Below, piece after piece: positions 20,013-30,812 of a stretch of DNA of 64,000 bases (the stretch's first letter is position 1; the number at the start of each line of letters is the position of its first letter). The DNA is from an uncultured bacterium (GTDB taxonomy: Bacteria > Verrucomicrobiota > Verrucomicrobiia > Verrucomicrobiales > DEV007): NCBI GenBank assembly GCA_963977015.1, contig CAXBMO010000004.1, positions 64,001 through 128,000 on the forward strand, in the 5' to 3' direction. Both the position numbers and the translations under genes were made by a program. The notes beneath the pieces were generated by a model. That model did not search any database. It had not been told where the DNA came from and saw only the letters and a program-made list of their open reading frames with translations.

Positions 20013-21305
20013 ATGCCCCCCCTACTCACCCTGTCAATCGCTCTCCTGCTGACGTTGCAGGCGGGCCACACGGAAAACGCAGTGTCGCCGGAACAGGTGG
20101 CCGCATCGGTTGAGAAAGCACACGCCGTTCTCTGGGACAAGTTCATCGGAAATGATGGGCTGATTCACGATTACGTCGGCGAAATCCCCACTCCGGAGGA
20201 CTGCAAGTTGGGGCGGCCAAATGCGCTCGGATGGTGGAGCCCGATCGAGAATGGGCCGATGTTTACCGGAACGTATCTTGCCGCCATCTGTGAGCGAGCC
20301 CGCCGGACGGAGGATCCTGCCGACCGCGAAAAGGCGACGCGCCTTGCCCAGGGATTGCTGAAGTGCGCGTCGGTTTCCGACGTGACGGGTTTCATTGCCC
20401 GCGGGATGGGAACGGACGGCAAGTGTCACTATCCGCTCGGCTCGCAGGACCAGTCGCATCCATGGTTTTACGGGCTTCACGCTTATGCCACGAGCGGCAT
20501 TCCCAGCGATACGGAGCGAGAGCTTGTGGTGAACAAGATGAGGGAAGTCGCCGATGCACTCGAGGTCCTGGATTGGAAGTGCCCCTGTGACGGTGCCTTC
20601 AAGGGGCAATCCCGAGGCGATTTCAAGATGTTCCGGCATCACGGCGCGGTCATGTATCTATCGATCCTCAAAGCGATGCACGAGGTGACTGGCGACGACA
20701 TTTGGCAGAAGCGTTACCACACGGCTATGCATGAGCGCTCTGAAAACGATGGCAAGACACGGCTGGAAATTTGCGCTGCGGGTTATCCGTATGACCGGGA
20801 TCAAATCCCGAACATCGATCGCGGTCTCCTTTGGATCTACGTCAGTTCACAGGGAGCCTTGGCATGGCTGGCCGAAAGTGAGACGGACGAATCGATCAAG
20901 GCGCAATACCACGCGGGTCTTGTCATCAATGCCCGGGAAGTCATGGTCAAGGTGGAGGACTACAAAAGGTTTGATAACAACGACACCAAGGTATTTGGGC
21001 ACGCCCGCTGGCAGGAGGCTTACCCGGATTGGTTTCCCCAGAAATCACAACATGACGCCGTGAAACTGGCTTCAACCGGCGACCGGGAAATCCTCGGCAA
21101 CCGCAAGGGTTATGAGGCCGGGCTGATGCGGAATCCACTGGCTGCCGCCGCCCTGATTGCGTTTGCAGAATATGAAGACGGGCTTGATTCGGTGCGGGCG
21201 GCGATCGCCCACTATGACTATACCAAGCTGAATATGGCGGAGTTCTTTTTTGCCGAATGCGCCTATTACGCGCTGCAAGCCCCGAGGACGGGAACCGAAA
21301 ACTAG
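20013..21305 (+). CDS. Secreted hypothetical protein, probably alpha/alpha-barrel
   Basis: Signal peptide from ATG 20013 (the ORF-track extension overlaps the upstream gene); mostly helical pattern, ENGPMFTG, GFIARG, GSQDQ. Confidence 0.65.
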   Translation: MPPLLTLSIALLLTLQAGHTENAVSPEQVAASVEKAHAVLWDKFIGNDGLIHDYVGEIPTPEDCKLGRPNALGWWSPIENGPMFTGTYLAAICERARRTEDPADREKATRLAQGLLKCASVSDVTGFIARGMGTDGKCHYPLGSQDQSHPWFYGLHAYATSGIPSDTERELVVNKMREVADALEVLDWKCPCDGAFKGQSRGDFKMFRHHGAVMYLSILKAMHEVTGDDIWQKRYHTAMHERSENDGKTRLEICAAGYPYDRDQIPNIDRGLLWIYVSSQGALAWLAESETDESIKAQYHAGLVINAREVMVKVEDYKRFDNNDTKVFGHARWQEAYPDWFPQKSQHDAVKLASTGDREILGNRKGYEAGLMRNPLAAAALIAFAEYEDGLDSVRAAIAHYDYTKLNMAEFFFAECAYYALQAPRTGTEN

Positions 21306-21462
21306 AGGCAAACGAGTTCGGCGCGGAGGCGATCCGGACAGCCTGATCAGCGGCGCGATTCTCCCTTACGCCGCCGAAATCCGCTAGTTTCGGCCGCAAT
21401 TGGGGCAAGGGATGCGGAGCTAAGGCTGGGAATTGGACTTAGGATCACGAAATGATGGCCGC

Positions 21463-22407
21463 ATGAAACGCCAAAATCTGACTTTCCTGATTGGACTCGC
21501 CGGCGTTGCCCCCACGGAACGGCCGCGGGCCCGGCGCTGGGGGAAATGGTTCGAAGCGCCCATGCTCGTCCTGGCCATGTGGATGATCATCGAATGGTAC
21601 TTGAGGGCCAAGGGCGTCTACCCCGAGAACTGGGCAATCCTCACCGACCGGGCCATCTGGCTGTTTTTCGTGACGGAAACGGTCGTGCTGAGTATCCTGG
21701 TGCGGAACACCCGCCACTATCTCAAGAGCAACTGGTTGAACCTCGGAATCATCGCCCTTGGGATTCCGCTTTTTTGGAACAACCAGCTTTACGTGGGGAT
21801 TCTTCGGAGCCTGCGGATTCTTCTCATCTTCGGAATCCTGTTCGAGTTGTCCGGCACCATCCGCAAGATGCTGGCAAAGAACAACATCGGACTGACGTTA
21901 TTCGTAAGCCTGATCATCATCGTCATGGCGGGAATCTGGATTGCCGCGATCGATCCAGCCATCGATACGCCCTGGGACGGGATCTGGTGGGCGTGGGTCA
22001 CGGTGACCACGGTTGGTTACGGCGACCTTGTCCCGGATAGTCCGCAGGGCAGAATCTTTGGCGGAGTCCTGATGATTCTGGGCCTGGGCTTGTTCTCCCT
22101 GATCACGGCGAGCTTTTCCGCGTTCCTGATTTCCCGCGAGGAAGCGGAGATCATCGAAAAGGAGGAGGACATCATTGAGAAGCAGGAAGAGATCATCGCC
22201 AAGGAGAGGAGAGTGGCGTCCAAAGAAGGGCGAGTGATTGCCCAGCTCAACTCCATTGAGGACCGTCTCGGAGCTCTCGAGCGGAACCTTGATCAGCTGA
22301 TCAATCACCTTTCGGAGTCAACGGCCACCAGCGACGAGAAGGCCGAATCCAAACCTGAAGAGGCTCCCAGCGAGATGGAATCGAAGTCGAACCGCAACGA
22401 GGAATGA
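21463..22407 (+). CDS. 6-TM potassium channel with long C-terminal coiled coil
   Basis: Selectivity filter TTVGYGD, DGIWWAWVT pore helix, S4-like LRSLRIL, heptad-rich tail. Confidence 0.92.
   Translation: MKRQNLTFLIGLAGVAPTERPRARRWGKWFEAPMLVLAMWMIIEWYLRAKGVYPENWAILTDRAIWLFFVTETVVLSILVRNTRHYLKSNWLNLGIIALGIPLFWNNQLYVGILRSLRILLIFGILFELSGTIRKMLAKNNIGLTLFVSLIIIVMAGIWIAAIDPAIDTPWDGIWWAWVTVTTVGYGDLVPDSPQGRIFGGVLMILGLGLFSLITASFSAFLISREEAEIIEKEEDIIEKQEEIIAKERRVASKEGRVIAQLNSIEDRLGALERNLDQLINHLSESTATSDEKAESKPEEAPSEMESKSNRNEE
22147..22251 (+). repeat. Degenerate 21-bp in-frame tandem repeat (about 5 heptads) in the K+ channel tail
   Basis: gagatcatcgaaaaggaggag / gacatcattgagaagcaggaa / gagatcatcgccaaggagagg / agagtggcgtccaaagaaggg / cgagtgattgcccagctcaac. 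Confidence 0.7.
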
Positions 22408-22546
22408 AGCGGTTCGCCCCGGTGGAGCTGCCGTTCAGCGTGATAGCCCCCTCCTACGGGTACTATTGCCGATCTTTTTTCCGCAAAACTCGCCCCGATG
22501 ACCGTTCCGTCTTGATCTAATCCAAGCAACCGCATTTGATTCTGTT

Positions 22547-23254
22547 ATGGCCGACGCAATTACCGTACTCCTGCTCCTGATTGCCCTCGAATTGGTATTG
22601 GGTATCGACAACATTGTCATGATCACGATCGCGGTGGCTCGTCTGCCCGAAAAGGACCGACAGAAAGCCCGACTATTTGGTCTGGGGCTGGCTCTCGGTG
22701 CGCGAATTGTGATGCTCGGCCTTTTCTTTGTTCTGGCAAGCTTGCAGGAGCCGGTTTGGCGCCAATTTTCGATCAAGGACATGGTCCTCCTCGCCGGTGG
22801 CGGGTTTTTGATTTGGAAAGCCATTCGCGAGATGCACCTCACCGTTGAAGTGAGTGAGGATCACGAACACGGTGCCCACCGCCCTGCCGCAAGCTTTGCC
22901 GGAGCACTCAGCACGATTGTGCTGATGGATCTGGTCTTCTCGCTCGATTCCGTCATCACGGCGATCGGACTCACCGAAAATCTGGTGGTCATCGTGGTCG
23001 CCGTCGTTCTTTCCTTCATCGTGGTGCTCGCCTTCGCCAAGCCGATTGGCGAGTTCATCCTGGAGAATCCTTCCTTCAAGATCCTTGCCCTCTCCTTTCT
23101 CGTCACCATCGGCGTTGTTCTTTTTGCGGAAGGCATGCATCACCACATTCCCAAACCCTTCATTTACCTTCCGATGGGATTCGCGACCCTGGTTCAGATT
23201 CTCCAATGGAGAATGGAGCGCAATCGCAGCCGAAAAGTCCAGGCTGCCTCGTAA
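22547..23254 (+). CDS. TerC family membrane protein
   Basis: LELVLGIDN, DLVFSLDSVITA, FLVTIGVVLFAEG. Confidence 0.93.
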   Translation: MADAITVLLLLIALELVLGIDNIVMITIAVARLPEKDRQKARLFGLGLALGARIVMLGLFFVLASLQEPVWRQFSIKDMVLLAGGGFLIWKAIREMHLTVEVSEDHEHGAHRPAASFAGALSTIVLMDLVFSLDSVITAIGLTENLVVIVVAVVLSFIVVLAFAKPIGEFILENPSFKILALSFLVTIGVVLFAEGMHHHIPKPFIYLPMGFATLVQILQWRMERNRSRKVQAAS

Positions 23255-23380
23255 AACCCTCCGTCGGCAACAGGATTCGTCTGGTGTTGCCGACGCCAGA
23301 ACCTGAATGAGGGGACTTTTGTTTCAGAATCCTTCTGAAATTCGTTGCATGCAAGAATCGGGCTCCCTAACGTCGACGGC

Positions 23381-26088
23381 GTGAAGTTGAGACGGAGGCG
23401 CCTTTCAAGTTTTCTCAGCACCGCAGGATCCAACATTTGGCTGGTTTGTGGTCTAATTCTAGGGTTTGCGGGGGCAGATCCGGCACTCTCCCAACAGGCC
23501 AACAATCAAGATGGCTTTTTTCGAAACCCGGTTCCCCCGAATGGACCGAGAGCCACGAAGTCGACAAAACGGCGGAAATTCCGAAAGCTGCGCAGAATCG
23601 CGACATCTATTATCTCTTGGCTGACCGTCAAGAGAACGCCGCGGCGCAAAGCAATTATCGCCACTATGCCTACCAGTTTCTCACCGAGAACGGAGTTCAA
23701 GACAACGCGCAGCTGACGCTGAATTTTGATCCATCCTATCAAACAATTACGCTTCATCAGCTGCGAGTTCATCGGCGCGGTAAGGTGATCGACAAACTAA
23801 CGAAGCAGGAGATTCGGCTTCTGCAGCGTGAAGAAGGGCTCGAGCGGCAGCTCTACGACGGCACCATGTCGGCGATCGCCGTGATCGAAGATTTGCGGGT
23901 CGGTGATATTCTGGAATACGCCTACACGCGGGAGGGCAGAAACCCCGTTTTCGGTGAAAATTATTCTCACGTGGAAAGCCTTCGCTGGTCAGCCCCGCTT
24001 CACCAATCCCGATTTCGATTCGTCTGTGAGCGCAATCGTGATTTTCAGCTCAACACCTATGACTTCAAGAGCCCCAGCGATTTCCCTTGGAAGCCGATTG
24101 GCAAGTTGAAAGAACTCACCATCTACGAAGATGGGCTTGAGGCATTGTTGGGAGATGGCGAAGTCCCCTCCTATTACGACGAATGGCCTTGGATCGAGTT
24201 TTCGGATTACCAATCCTGGGAAGAAGTCGCGACGTGGGCAACCGGTCTCTATGATCTCGATCAGAAGATTCCCAATACCCTGAAGACTGAGATTCAAACC
24301 TTTTCGAAACTGGAATCGGAAGAGGAGCGCATTTTGGCCGCTCTTCGGTGGTGCCAGGATGAGATTCGATACCTTGGAATGTTCGAGGGGATTCATTCCC
24401 ACCAGCCGTATCCCTTACAAACCATTCTTCGCCGGCGTTTTGGTGACTGCAAGGACAAGTCAATGGTCTTGACGACGATCCTTCGTGAACTTGGCTTTGA
24501 CGCTCACCTTGCCTTGGTCGCCACCGGCAACCGTCACAAGGTCAAAGACTGGCTTCCAACTCCGGGTTCTTTCAACCACCTGGTCGTTCATCTCCGCTAC
24601 CAAGATCGCGATATCTGGCTTGACCCAACTCGTTCCTTTCAAGGTGGACCGTTGGATGAAATCTATTTTCCAGCCTACGGCTATGGTTTGATCGTATCGC
24701 CGGATACCCAACATCTTACTCCGATCGAACCCTCTGGATATGACCGATCAAAGTTGGAAGTCATCGAAACGTTTAACGTGGAAGACTACCAAGGAAAGGC
24801 AACCCTCAGTGTCCTCTCCATCTATCGTGGCGGAGAGGCAGACCGCATGCGCTCCAATTTCACGTCCAAGAGCCTCGACCGCTGGCAGAAAGACTACCTC
24901 AACCACTATTCCAAAGATTTCCCTGAAATCTCAGCCGTCTCTCCACCCAGATTTGAAGACAACGAAACTGAAAACGTCGTCAAGGTCTGGGAGGAATACG
25001 AAATTCAGAATATCTGGATCCAAAATGATGATGGAGAAGATGGCTCCATGGAGATTGACTTCTATGCACGAATCATTGCAGCGGAACTCGAAACTCCTTC
25101 GACCCGAATTCGAAAATCGCCCTTTGCCATTTCACACCCCCGAAATGTCGTCCAGAAGATCATCCTGAACCTGCCCACCAAAGCCACTTTCAATAGCGCA
25201 TTCACCGTGATCGAAAACCCTTCCTTCGAAATGAGTCTCAAGGAAGTCGCCAAAGAGAATGGATTCGAAGCCACCTTCTCCTATCGCTCTCTCAAAAACA
25301 CCGTCGCAGCAGAGGATACACCTCAGTATCTCAAGGATCTGGAGGAGAGCAATAACCTGATGAGTTACTATGTGTGGGTGCCTAAAAATTACGCTTCCAA
25401 ATCCATCGCCGAGATTCGATCTGAGTTGTCAGCGGGCGAAGAGGCATCGCCCTACGAATACAATTGGATCATCATCACCATTGCAGGGATGGGGCTGTTT
25501 GTGGGATTCATCGCGTGCCTTCTCATCTATTTTTGGGATCCAAAAGCACCCTCACTTCCCGAAAACCCCGACCCCAAGTTGGTTGGCCTGGGTGGATGGT
25601 TGGCGTTGATCACCCTTGGGGCACTCTTCCGCCCATTCGGGAGCGGTTTCTTGTTATACACCAGCGTCAAGGATTGGGACGCGCATACCTGGCAACAGGT
25701 CGGAGATCCAAGCAGTGACGTCTATCACGTCCTCTGGCAGCCGGGGGCAATTCTGGAAATCACTTCCTGTTCATTTTTCGTCGTTTACGAGTTTTTACTT
25801 CTCATTCTTCTCCTGGCACGACGAACCAGTTTCCCCAGGTTAATGGTCGTCTACTATATCCTGTGGATCACCTCCGCGTTTGGACTTCAGTTCATGTGGT
25901 CTCATATCGATGCGTTTGATGCCGAAATCCTGGCGGAATATAAATCCAACCAGATTCAGGCCCTTGCTGCCAGTATCATTTGGATTCCCTATTTCTTCGT
26001 TTCAAAGCGGGTTCGCTCAACCTTCGTGGTCCGTCGCTCCAAAGTTCCCGTTCCAGCACCACCTCCCGAGCTGCCTGCAATCGCTTAG
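23381..26088 (+). CDS. DUF3857 + transglutaminase-like + DUF2569 membrane protein, apparently frameshifted near 23516-23521
   Basis: Main frame carries DLRVGDILEYAY, triad GDCKDK / FNH / WLDPT and a C-terminal multi-TM region (GLGGWL...SKRVRSTF). A signal peptide lies in another frame (GTG 23381) and meets the main frame at a T6 run. Confidence 0.8.
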
Positions 26089-26326
26089 ATCGAGGGAGAA
26101 GGGTTGCATTTTTCGACAAGCGTTAAGCTTTGAGATCGTTTCTTGGTAGACATCAAGATGAGAAATGCCTTAGTAAGTTATTGTGGCAGGTTTTTGGGCA
26201 TTTCTCTGATGCCGGATCAAAGATGATCACTGATCTGATCGATTCATTGATGCACTCAAGAGAGACGAAGACTTGCTCCCCTCAGCAACAGAAACCGTAA
26301 ACGTCTTTCCACGAACTGAAGTACCA

Positions 26327-27025
26327 ATGAACATCCTGATTTCGCGAAACAACGAGCAATTTGGGCCCTATTCCGTTGATGAAATTGAGCAACACCTTCA
26401 GTCAGGCGCGATTGCCAATGATGAACTCGCATGGCGAGAGGGCCTTGCGGAGTGGATGCCGCTTCACACAGTTCTGCCGCCAAAAGTCGAAACTCCCCAA
26501 GCTCCCGTCCCCAAACCACAAACTCCCATCGCAACCGAATCTGGAGTCGCTGCCGCAACTGCCTTTCAACACAACCCCTACAGCCCACCTCAAAGCGTCA
26601 CCGGACAGAATGTTGCAGATGAGTATGAAACCTTTGAGTTTGCCGGGAAAGGTCAACGCCTGTTGAATTACTTCATCGATTACCTGGCGGTCATTGGCTG
26701 CGGATTCCTGCTGGGTATTTTCATCGCAATTGCGTTTGGTGACGAAGCTTTTGCCGTGATGGAAAGCATCCCGGAGTTTGTTCTGGGATTCATCATCTTT
26801 TCCATTTACTACATTGTCACTGAAGGAATCTGGAACCGGTCGCTGGGCAAGTTGATCACAGGAACGAAAGTGGTTCAGGAAGATGGGGGTCGCCCTACCT
26901 TCGCGCAAATCATCGGGAGGACTCTGTGTCGCTTCATTCCATTTGAAGCGCTGTCGTTTTTAGGAGAAGAGGGGTCGGGATGGCATGATTCCATGTCCAG
27001 CACACGAGTGATCAAAACGAGATAA
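26327..27025 (+). CDS. GYF_2 (DUF4339) + RDD family protein
   Basis: N-terminal RNNEQFGPYS...AWREGLAEW; RLLNYFID, SLGKLITGTKVV, RTLCR, WHD..S.TRV. Confidence 0.9.
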   Translation: MNILISRNNEQFGPYSVDEIEQHLQSGAIANDELAWREGLAEWMPLHTVLPPKVETPQAPVPKPQTPIATESGVAAATAFQHNPYSPPQSVTGQNVADEYETFEFAGKGQRLLNYFIDYLAVIGCGFLLGIFIAIAFGDEAFAVMESIPEFVLGFIIFSIYYIVTEGIWNRSLGKLITGTKVVQEDGGRPTFAQIIGRTLCRFIPFEALSFLGEEGSGWHDSMSSTRVIKTR

Positions 27026-27079
27026 AACGCGACCTGTCGTATGCCCGGTTGGTCGAGGCCGCCTCGCAGCTCCCTGGAA

Positions 27080-28183
27080 CTACAGCCATTTTCGCTTTCG
27101 GAAATACGCAAACATGAGTCCGCCGAGCACTCCGAACAAAACCCACATCGTGGGGTAGGCCCATTTCCAGGAGAGTTCCGGCATGTGCTTGAAATTCATG
27201 CCGTAGACACCGGCGAGAAACGTCAGCGGGAGAAAGATGGTCGCGAAGCTGGTCAGCACCTTCATCACTTCATTCATGCGCTGACTGAGAACGGAAAGAT
27301 GGAGTTCACGGAGTGAGATGATGGTATCACGCAAGACGTCGATCGACTCGTTCGCGTGTGTGGTGTGATCCTGAAGGTCGGACCAAAATATATCGGTGGA
27401 AGGATCTACGAGGTTCGATTTGATCCGCCTCATTGCGGTCGCAATTTCGCGCAAGGGGCGAACCACGCGGTGAAGATGATCGATCTGCCGCTTGGTGGCG
27501 TGGAGCCGGTCGCCAATTTCATCCGAGTCCTTCTCCTGAACCTCGTCCTCCAACCATTCCACTTCTTTGACCAAGGCATCCAGGGTCGCTCGGAAATGAT
27601 CGGTTACGGCATCGAGAATTGCCCACACCAGGTAATCGGACCCGCGTTTGCGGAGATACCCTTTCCCCGAAAGCAAACGCTGCTCAATCGGCGCAAACAA
27701 CTCCGAGGGTGCTTCCTGAAACGTGATCACCACCTGCCTTCCAAGGATCAATGAGAGGTGCCGTAGCTCAATGTGATCATTCGTGGCGACAAGCTCTTTC
27801 AAGGCAATGAAGACATAGTCGCCAAAGTCTTCCACCTTGAGACGGTGGTTCGTGTTGAGGACATCGTCCTGAACCAGTGGATGAATTCCGTAGTCGCTCA
27901 AGATTTTACCAATCGCCGTCGTATCATGAAGCCCACAAACCTGCAGCCAGGTTGGCGTGTCCGAGTGATCGAGACTGAGGCACTCGTCCAACGATGCGGA
28001 GGTCTTCTCGACAAGATCCGCCTCCGTGTAGTCGATAATGCGGAAAATCGGCTCCTCCATCCGCCGTTCTCCAACATGGATGAGCGTACCCGGCGTTGAC
28101 GCTGCCGGTCGTTCGTCGCGCACCGTGGAGACACGCAAAAACCGCAGCGATGAGCGAATCGCTTTTTCTAACCCGTTCGCCAT
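27080..28183 (-). CDS. corA: Magnesium/cobalt transporter CorA
   Basis: HPLVQDD, MNEVMKVLT, YGMNF, MPEL signature; ATG overlaps the upstream stop (TAATG). Confidence 0.95.
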   Translation of the reverse strand: MANGLEKAIRSSLRFLRVSTVRDERPAASTPGTLIHVGERRMEEPIFRIIDYTEADLVEKTSASLDECLSLDHSDTPTWLQVCGLHDTTAIGKILSDYGIHPLVQDDVLNTNHRLKVEDFGDYVFIALKELVATNDHIELRHLSLILGRQVVITFQEAPSELFAPIEQRLLSGKGYLRKRGSDYLVWAILDAVTDHFRATLDALVKEVEWLEDEVQEKDSDEIGDRLHATKRQIDHLHRVVRPLREIATAMRRIKSNLVDPSTDIFWSDLQDHTTHANESIDVLRDTIISLRELHLSVLSQRMNEVMKVLTSFATIFLPLTFLAGVYGMNFKHMPELSWKWAYPTMWVLFGVLGGLMFAYFRKRKWL

Positions 28184-28992
28184 TACTTGGGAACTCGGAT
28201 TGCTTTAACCGGCTCTTCTTGGATCGGGGAACTCGAAGAAGTTGATTTCGGCTTATAGGACTTCTTCACCTCGGGCATCTCCGATTCCAACTTCTCAATC
28301 CGCTTTGAATCGAGCGGATGCGTGCTGAGAAATGCCGGAGTTTTGCCCCCACCCTGCTGCTTTTTATAGGCATCGAATCGTTTCCACAGCTTGACCGCCT
28401 CCTCCGGATCGTATCCGGCCTTCGCCATGTAGATCGCCCCAAGCCGGTCCGCCTCCAATTCCTGTTCCCGAGAAAACTTCAACAAGCGCAGCGTCGCAGC
28501 CCCCTGAGTCACAGCTTGCGCAGTGCCGCCTTTCATTCCGCTCTTCTTTTCGAGGACTTTCCCTGCCGCTGCCCCAATCGCAGATCCCACGACCGCATTG
28601 CTGATCCGTTCGCCCGAATGCCTTGCTTTTACATGACCCAACTCATGACCAATGACCGCCGCGAGCTGCGCCTCGTTCTCGACAATTTTGAACAACCCGC
28701 TATGAACTCCAACTTTCCCTCCCGGCAAAGCGAAAGCGTTGGGTGAGGCATCCTCAAAGAGCACGAACTCCCACTCCGCATTCTCCACCTTGACGATGGG
28801 AAGCAATCGCGCCGCGACCCGTTGAGTCATCTCGAACTCCGGTCCATTCTGAATCGCTTTGTGCGAAGCTTTGTACTTGATGAATTCTTCCTTCCCCATT
28901 TTGGCTTCCTGCTCCGGCGAAAGCAGATTGATCGCCATCGCGCAGACCGGCAGCGTGGCAAGCATGAGAAGGGGAACGATTTTGGATTTCAT
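28183..28992 (-). CDS. M48 family zinc metallopeptidase, secreted
   Basis: PNAFALPGG, HELGH, ELEAD, AGYDP, STHP; signal peptide from ATG 28992. Confidence 0.93.
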   Translation of the reverse strand: MKSKIVPLLMLATLPVCAMAINLLSPEQEAKMGKEEFIKYKASHKAIQNGPEFEMTQRVAARLLPIVKVENAEWEFVLFEDASPNAFALPGGKVGVHSGLFKIVENEAQLAAVIGHELGHVKARHSGERISNAVVGSAIGAAAGKVLEKKSGMKGGTAQAVTQGAATLRLLKFSREQELEADRLGAIYMAKAGYDPEEAVKLWKRFDAYKKQQGGGKTPAFLSTHPLDSKRIEKLESEMPEVKKSYKPKSTSSSSPIQEEPVKAIRVPK

Positions 28993-29054
28993 GAGGGTGT
29001 ATAAAGATAGATGCACGGGAATCACAAAAGCTTCACGACGAAAGATCTGCGGGT

Positions 29055-30812
29055 TCAAACTTTCCAGATGAGTGGGATACAGATCGTTGCCGTCAGCCAA
29101 AGCAAAAGGTTTAAGGGGAGGCCAATCTTGACGAAATCTCTGAAGGTATAGCCGCCTGGGCCGTAAACATAGGTGTTGGTTTGGTAACCAATGGGTGTGG
29201 CAAAACTGGCACTGGCACCAAACATCACCGCCACGAGAAACGCGCGAGGGTCGCTGCCCATTTTCTCGGCAACTTCAATCGATATTGGCGCAAGGAGAAT
29301 TGCCACCGCATTGTTGCTGATGATTTCGGTAAGGACAGAGGCAAGCAGGTAGAGGCCGGACAACACCACCACCGCGCCGAATGGCTCGAGCCAATTGGTG
29401 AAAATGCCAGCCACCATCGCGGCCCCACCACTGCTTTCCAACGCCACTCCGATCCCCAGCATCCCGGCGATCAGGAAGAGGATTCGCCACTCGATCGCGG
29501 CATACGCCTCCGCGGGTTCAACACAACGCGTCACCAGGACCAAAATCGCGCCAGTCAACGCGAGAATAAAGGGATCAATTCCCGCGATACCGAGAACGAT
29601 AAAGGCGGCCATGACGCCTACTGCAATCCAAGCTCGATCACGCCGGGGAGCCTGGCCCGGCGTTTCGCTCAGGTTGATGAAATCGCCCATTTCCAACAGC
29701 GCACCTGCAGAATCGTGCTCCGCCAAAATCAGCAGCACATCGCCAAACTGGAGGGGAAGATCCTCGAAATCTTCACGCAACTCATGTCCCTGCCGATGCA
29801 TGGCGATGACCTGCACACCGTAATCCGTGAGAAACCCCGCCTCGCGAATCGTCGACCCCAGAAAGCGTGCGTTTGGCCCGACAATCGCCTCCGCCCAGAG
29901 TGCGTTGCGTTTCTCCAACAATTCCAATCCGGACTCATCCGCCAACTTCAATTCCCGGTCGAGAGACTTCACAGATGCGCCATCGGCTCGCAACAACACC
30001 CGATCTCCAACTTTCAGCGGCAGCTTCTCCAGATTCTCACGCATCGCCAATCCATGGCGCTTCACTTCCAGCGCCATGGCGCGACCGGAGCGCAATACCG
30101 GAGACTGATTGACCGGTTTTCCGATCAGTCGTGATCCCGGCGAAACGACGGTTTGGACGAGAAATTGACGCTTCAGCTCCGGGCGAAATATGGCCCGGGC
30201 GGAGGCGCGATCCGGAAGAAATTTTCTTCCCACAGTCAACAAGTATGCCATCCCGACCGCTGCAGTAATCAGTCCGAGAGGAGCAATCTCGAACATGGAA
30301 AACGCAGGCTGCCCCAATTTCCTCGCGGCACCATCCACCAACAAATTCGTCGATGTTCCAACAATGGAGATTGTTCCCCCCATAATCGCAGCAAACGAGA
30401 GTGGAATGAGCAAACGCGAGGCATTCACTCCGGAATCGCGGCAAAACCCCAGCACAACCGGCATCAGAATAACCACGATGGGCGTGTTGTTCACAAACGG
30501 GGAAACGCACAAGGGAATCGCCGTAATCAAGAGGAGCGCTCGCCACTCACTCTTGCCCGCCAACCGGCAAAAACGCGCTCCCAATTCCGCGATCACTCCG
30601 GTTCGTTCCAAAGCAGCACTCAGCACAAACATACATGCCACCGTTACCAAAGCAGGGTTTGCCAAGGCCCCGCTGATCTGACTGGGCGAAAGGATTCCCG
30701 TCACCAACAGAATCGCCATTCCCGACAACGCCGCCAATTCCGGTTCCAGCCACTCGCGCCAGAGCGCCAGCAACACCGCGAAAATCACGACAAAAACAAG
30801 GATCAGGGACAT
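29055..30812 (-). CDS. SLC13/DASS-type permease with TrkA-C domains
   Basis: FVNNTP, GTSTN, two soluble TrkA-C-like segments, ISNNA, ATPIGYQTN. Confidence 0.92.
   Translation of the reverse strand: MSLILVFVVIFAVLLALWREWLEPELAALSGMAILLVTGILSPSQISGALANPALVTVACMFVLSAALERTGVIAELGARFCRLAGKSEWRALLLITAIPLCVSPFVNNTPIVVILMPVVLGFCRDSGVNASRLLIPLSFAAIMGGTISIVGTSTNLLVDGAARKLGQPAFSMFEIAPLGLITAAVGMAYLLTVGRKFLPDRASARAIFRPELKRQFLVQTVVSPGSRLIGKPVNQSPVLRSGRAMALEVKRHGLAMRENLEKLPLKVGDRVLLRADGASVKSLDRELKLADESGLELLEKRNALWAEAIVGPNARFLGSTIREAGFLTDYGVQVIAMHRQGHELREDFEDLPLQFGDVLLILAEHDSAGALLEMGDFINLSETPGQAPRRDRAWIAVGVMAAFIVLGIAGIDPFILALTGAILVLVTRCVEPAEAYAAIEWRILFLIAGMLGIGVALESSGGAAMVAGIFTNWLEPFGAVVVLSGLYLLASVLTEIISNNAVAILLAPISIEVAEKMGSDPRAFLVAVMFGASASFATPIGYQTNTYVYGPGGYTFRDFVKIGLPLNLLLWLTATICIPLIWKV

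Noticed and set aside
22408-22546. Possible yybP-ykoY (Mn2+) riboswitch upstream of terC
   Set aside because: The characteristic GGGGAGUAG-type conserved segment is not visible; an Infernal scan would settle it.
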